The notes under the pieces were generated by a model that worked only from the letters and a program-made list of their open reading frames with translations, ran no database searches and was not told where the DNA came from. The position numbers and the translations under genes were made by a program. A stretch of DNA of 63,388 bases, filler included, from Phoronis australis (Eukaryota > Animalia > Phoronida), in NCBI GenBank assembly GCA_002633005.1. It is 5 parts of 5 records of this genome, joined end to end, with 100 filler letters (N's around TTAATTAATTAA, not from the genome) between each part and the next. Parts side by side here need not be neighbours in the genome. Positions count along the whole stretch, not along the records: positions 60,280 to 63,388 come from NMRA01002168.1; 4 more parts are not named here. One strand, 5' to 3'. Positions within the stretch are counted from its first letter, which is position 1. The number at the start of each line of letters is the position of its first letter. Shown one piece after another: positions 62,861 through 63,388 of the stretch.

Positions 62861-62934
62861 ATAAAGGCTTAATGCCCCATGTGAGATTGGGTCAATACTT
62901 ATTTTGAAAAAGTGTGCAATGCTTGGCGTCTTAC

Positions 62935-63092
62935 CTCTGGCTGCCTCCAATATGTAAATTTGATTATGAAAACCAAATATAAGATCTCCGCGAGAATTGA
63001 GGAAAAGAAGAGAACAAAGTGAGTCATTCAGGAGTATCTCTGTTGTCAATGTCCGCTCAACCGCATTCCATATCTTGATGTAACCATCAGCA
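62935..63092 (-). CDS. WD40-repeat exon, WDR87/WDR97-like
   Basis: ADGYIKIWN...EILLNDSLCSLLFLNSRGDLIFGFHNQIYIL resembles the DGxVRIW...F.N.RGDL last repeat of WDR87/WDR97. Confidence 0.72.
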
Positions 63093-63109
63093 CTGAAAGT
63101 GTAACATCA

Positions 63110-63388
63110 ACTCTCACTAATACGGCCCATCACACATAAGACCTCGCTAATACAGACACTTTACACATAAGACATCACTAATACACATACATTACACACA
63201 AGACCCCACTAATACAGACCCATTACACATAAGACCTCACTAATACAGACCCATTACACATAAAACCTCAGTAATACAGACCCATTACACATAAGACCTC
63301 AGTAATACAGACCCATTACACATAAGACCTCAGTAATACAGACCCATTACACATAAGACCTCAGTAATACAGACCCATTACACATAAG
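63110..63388. repeat. 31-bp minisatellite
   Basis: cattacacataagacctcagtaatacagacc, about 9 copies, continues past the window edge. Confidence 0.93.

Overview
Repeat-rich, intron-rich animal DNA, probably an invertebrate (the taxon cannot be fixed from sequence alone). It comes from a gapped draft assembly joined by N...TTAATTAATTAA...N linkers. Host genes: PMS1 (+, 11 coding exons traced, 21941-41475, first and last exons not found), ORC2 (+, 6 exons, 51796-58569, incomplete), a WD40 protein resembling WDR87/WDR97 (-, 5 exons, 60826-63092, incomplete) and an unrecognised 247-aa ORF (-, 44259-45002). The first 17 kb is a nest of transposons. A long inverted repeat is followed by a decayed Mag-type Gypsy retrotransposon, which is interrupted by a TTAA-flanked, internally deleted Kolobok element (THAP plus KolX remnant). 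Next is a 9.57-kb hAT-superfamily element with TAGGG ends and a perfect 7-bp target duplication (hATw-like). Its transposase ends in a Spindlin-like Tudor domain, and the element carries a second, decayed Cys/His-rich gene. PMS1 introns hold nested Helentron/DINE-like elements built from ~150-bp subunits that each carry a same-orientation CTCF-like motif. Also present: a CR1/L2-group LINE 5' half, Penelope remnants, MITEs, SINE heads and many minisatellites. All family assignments come from motif recognition by eye, not database searches.
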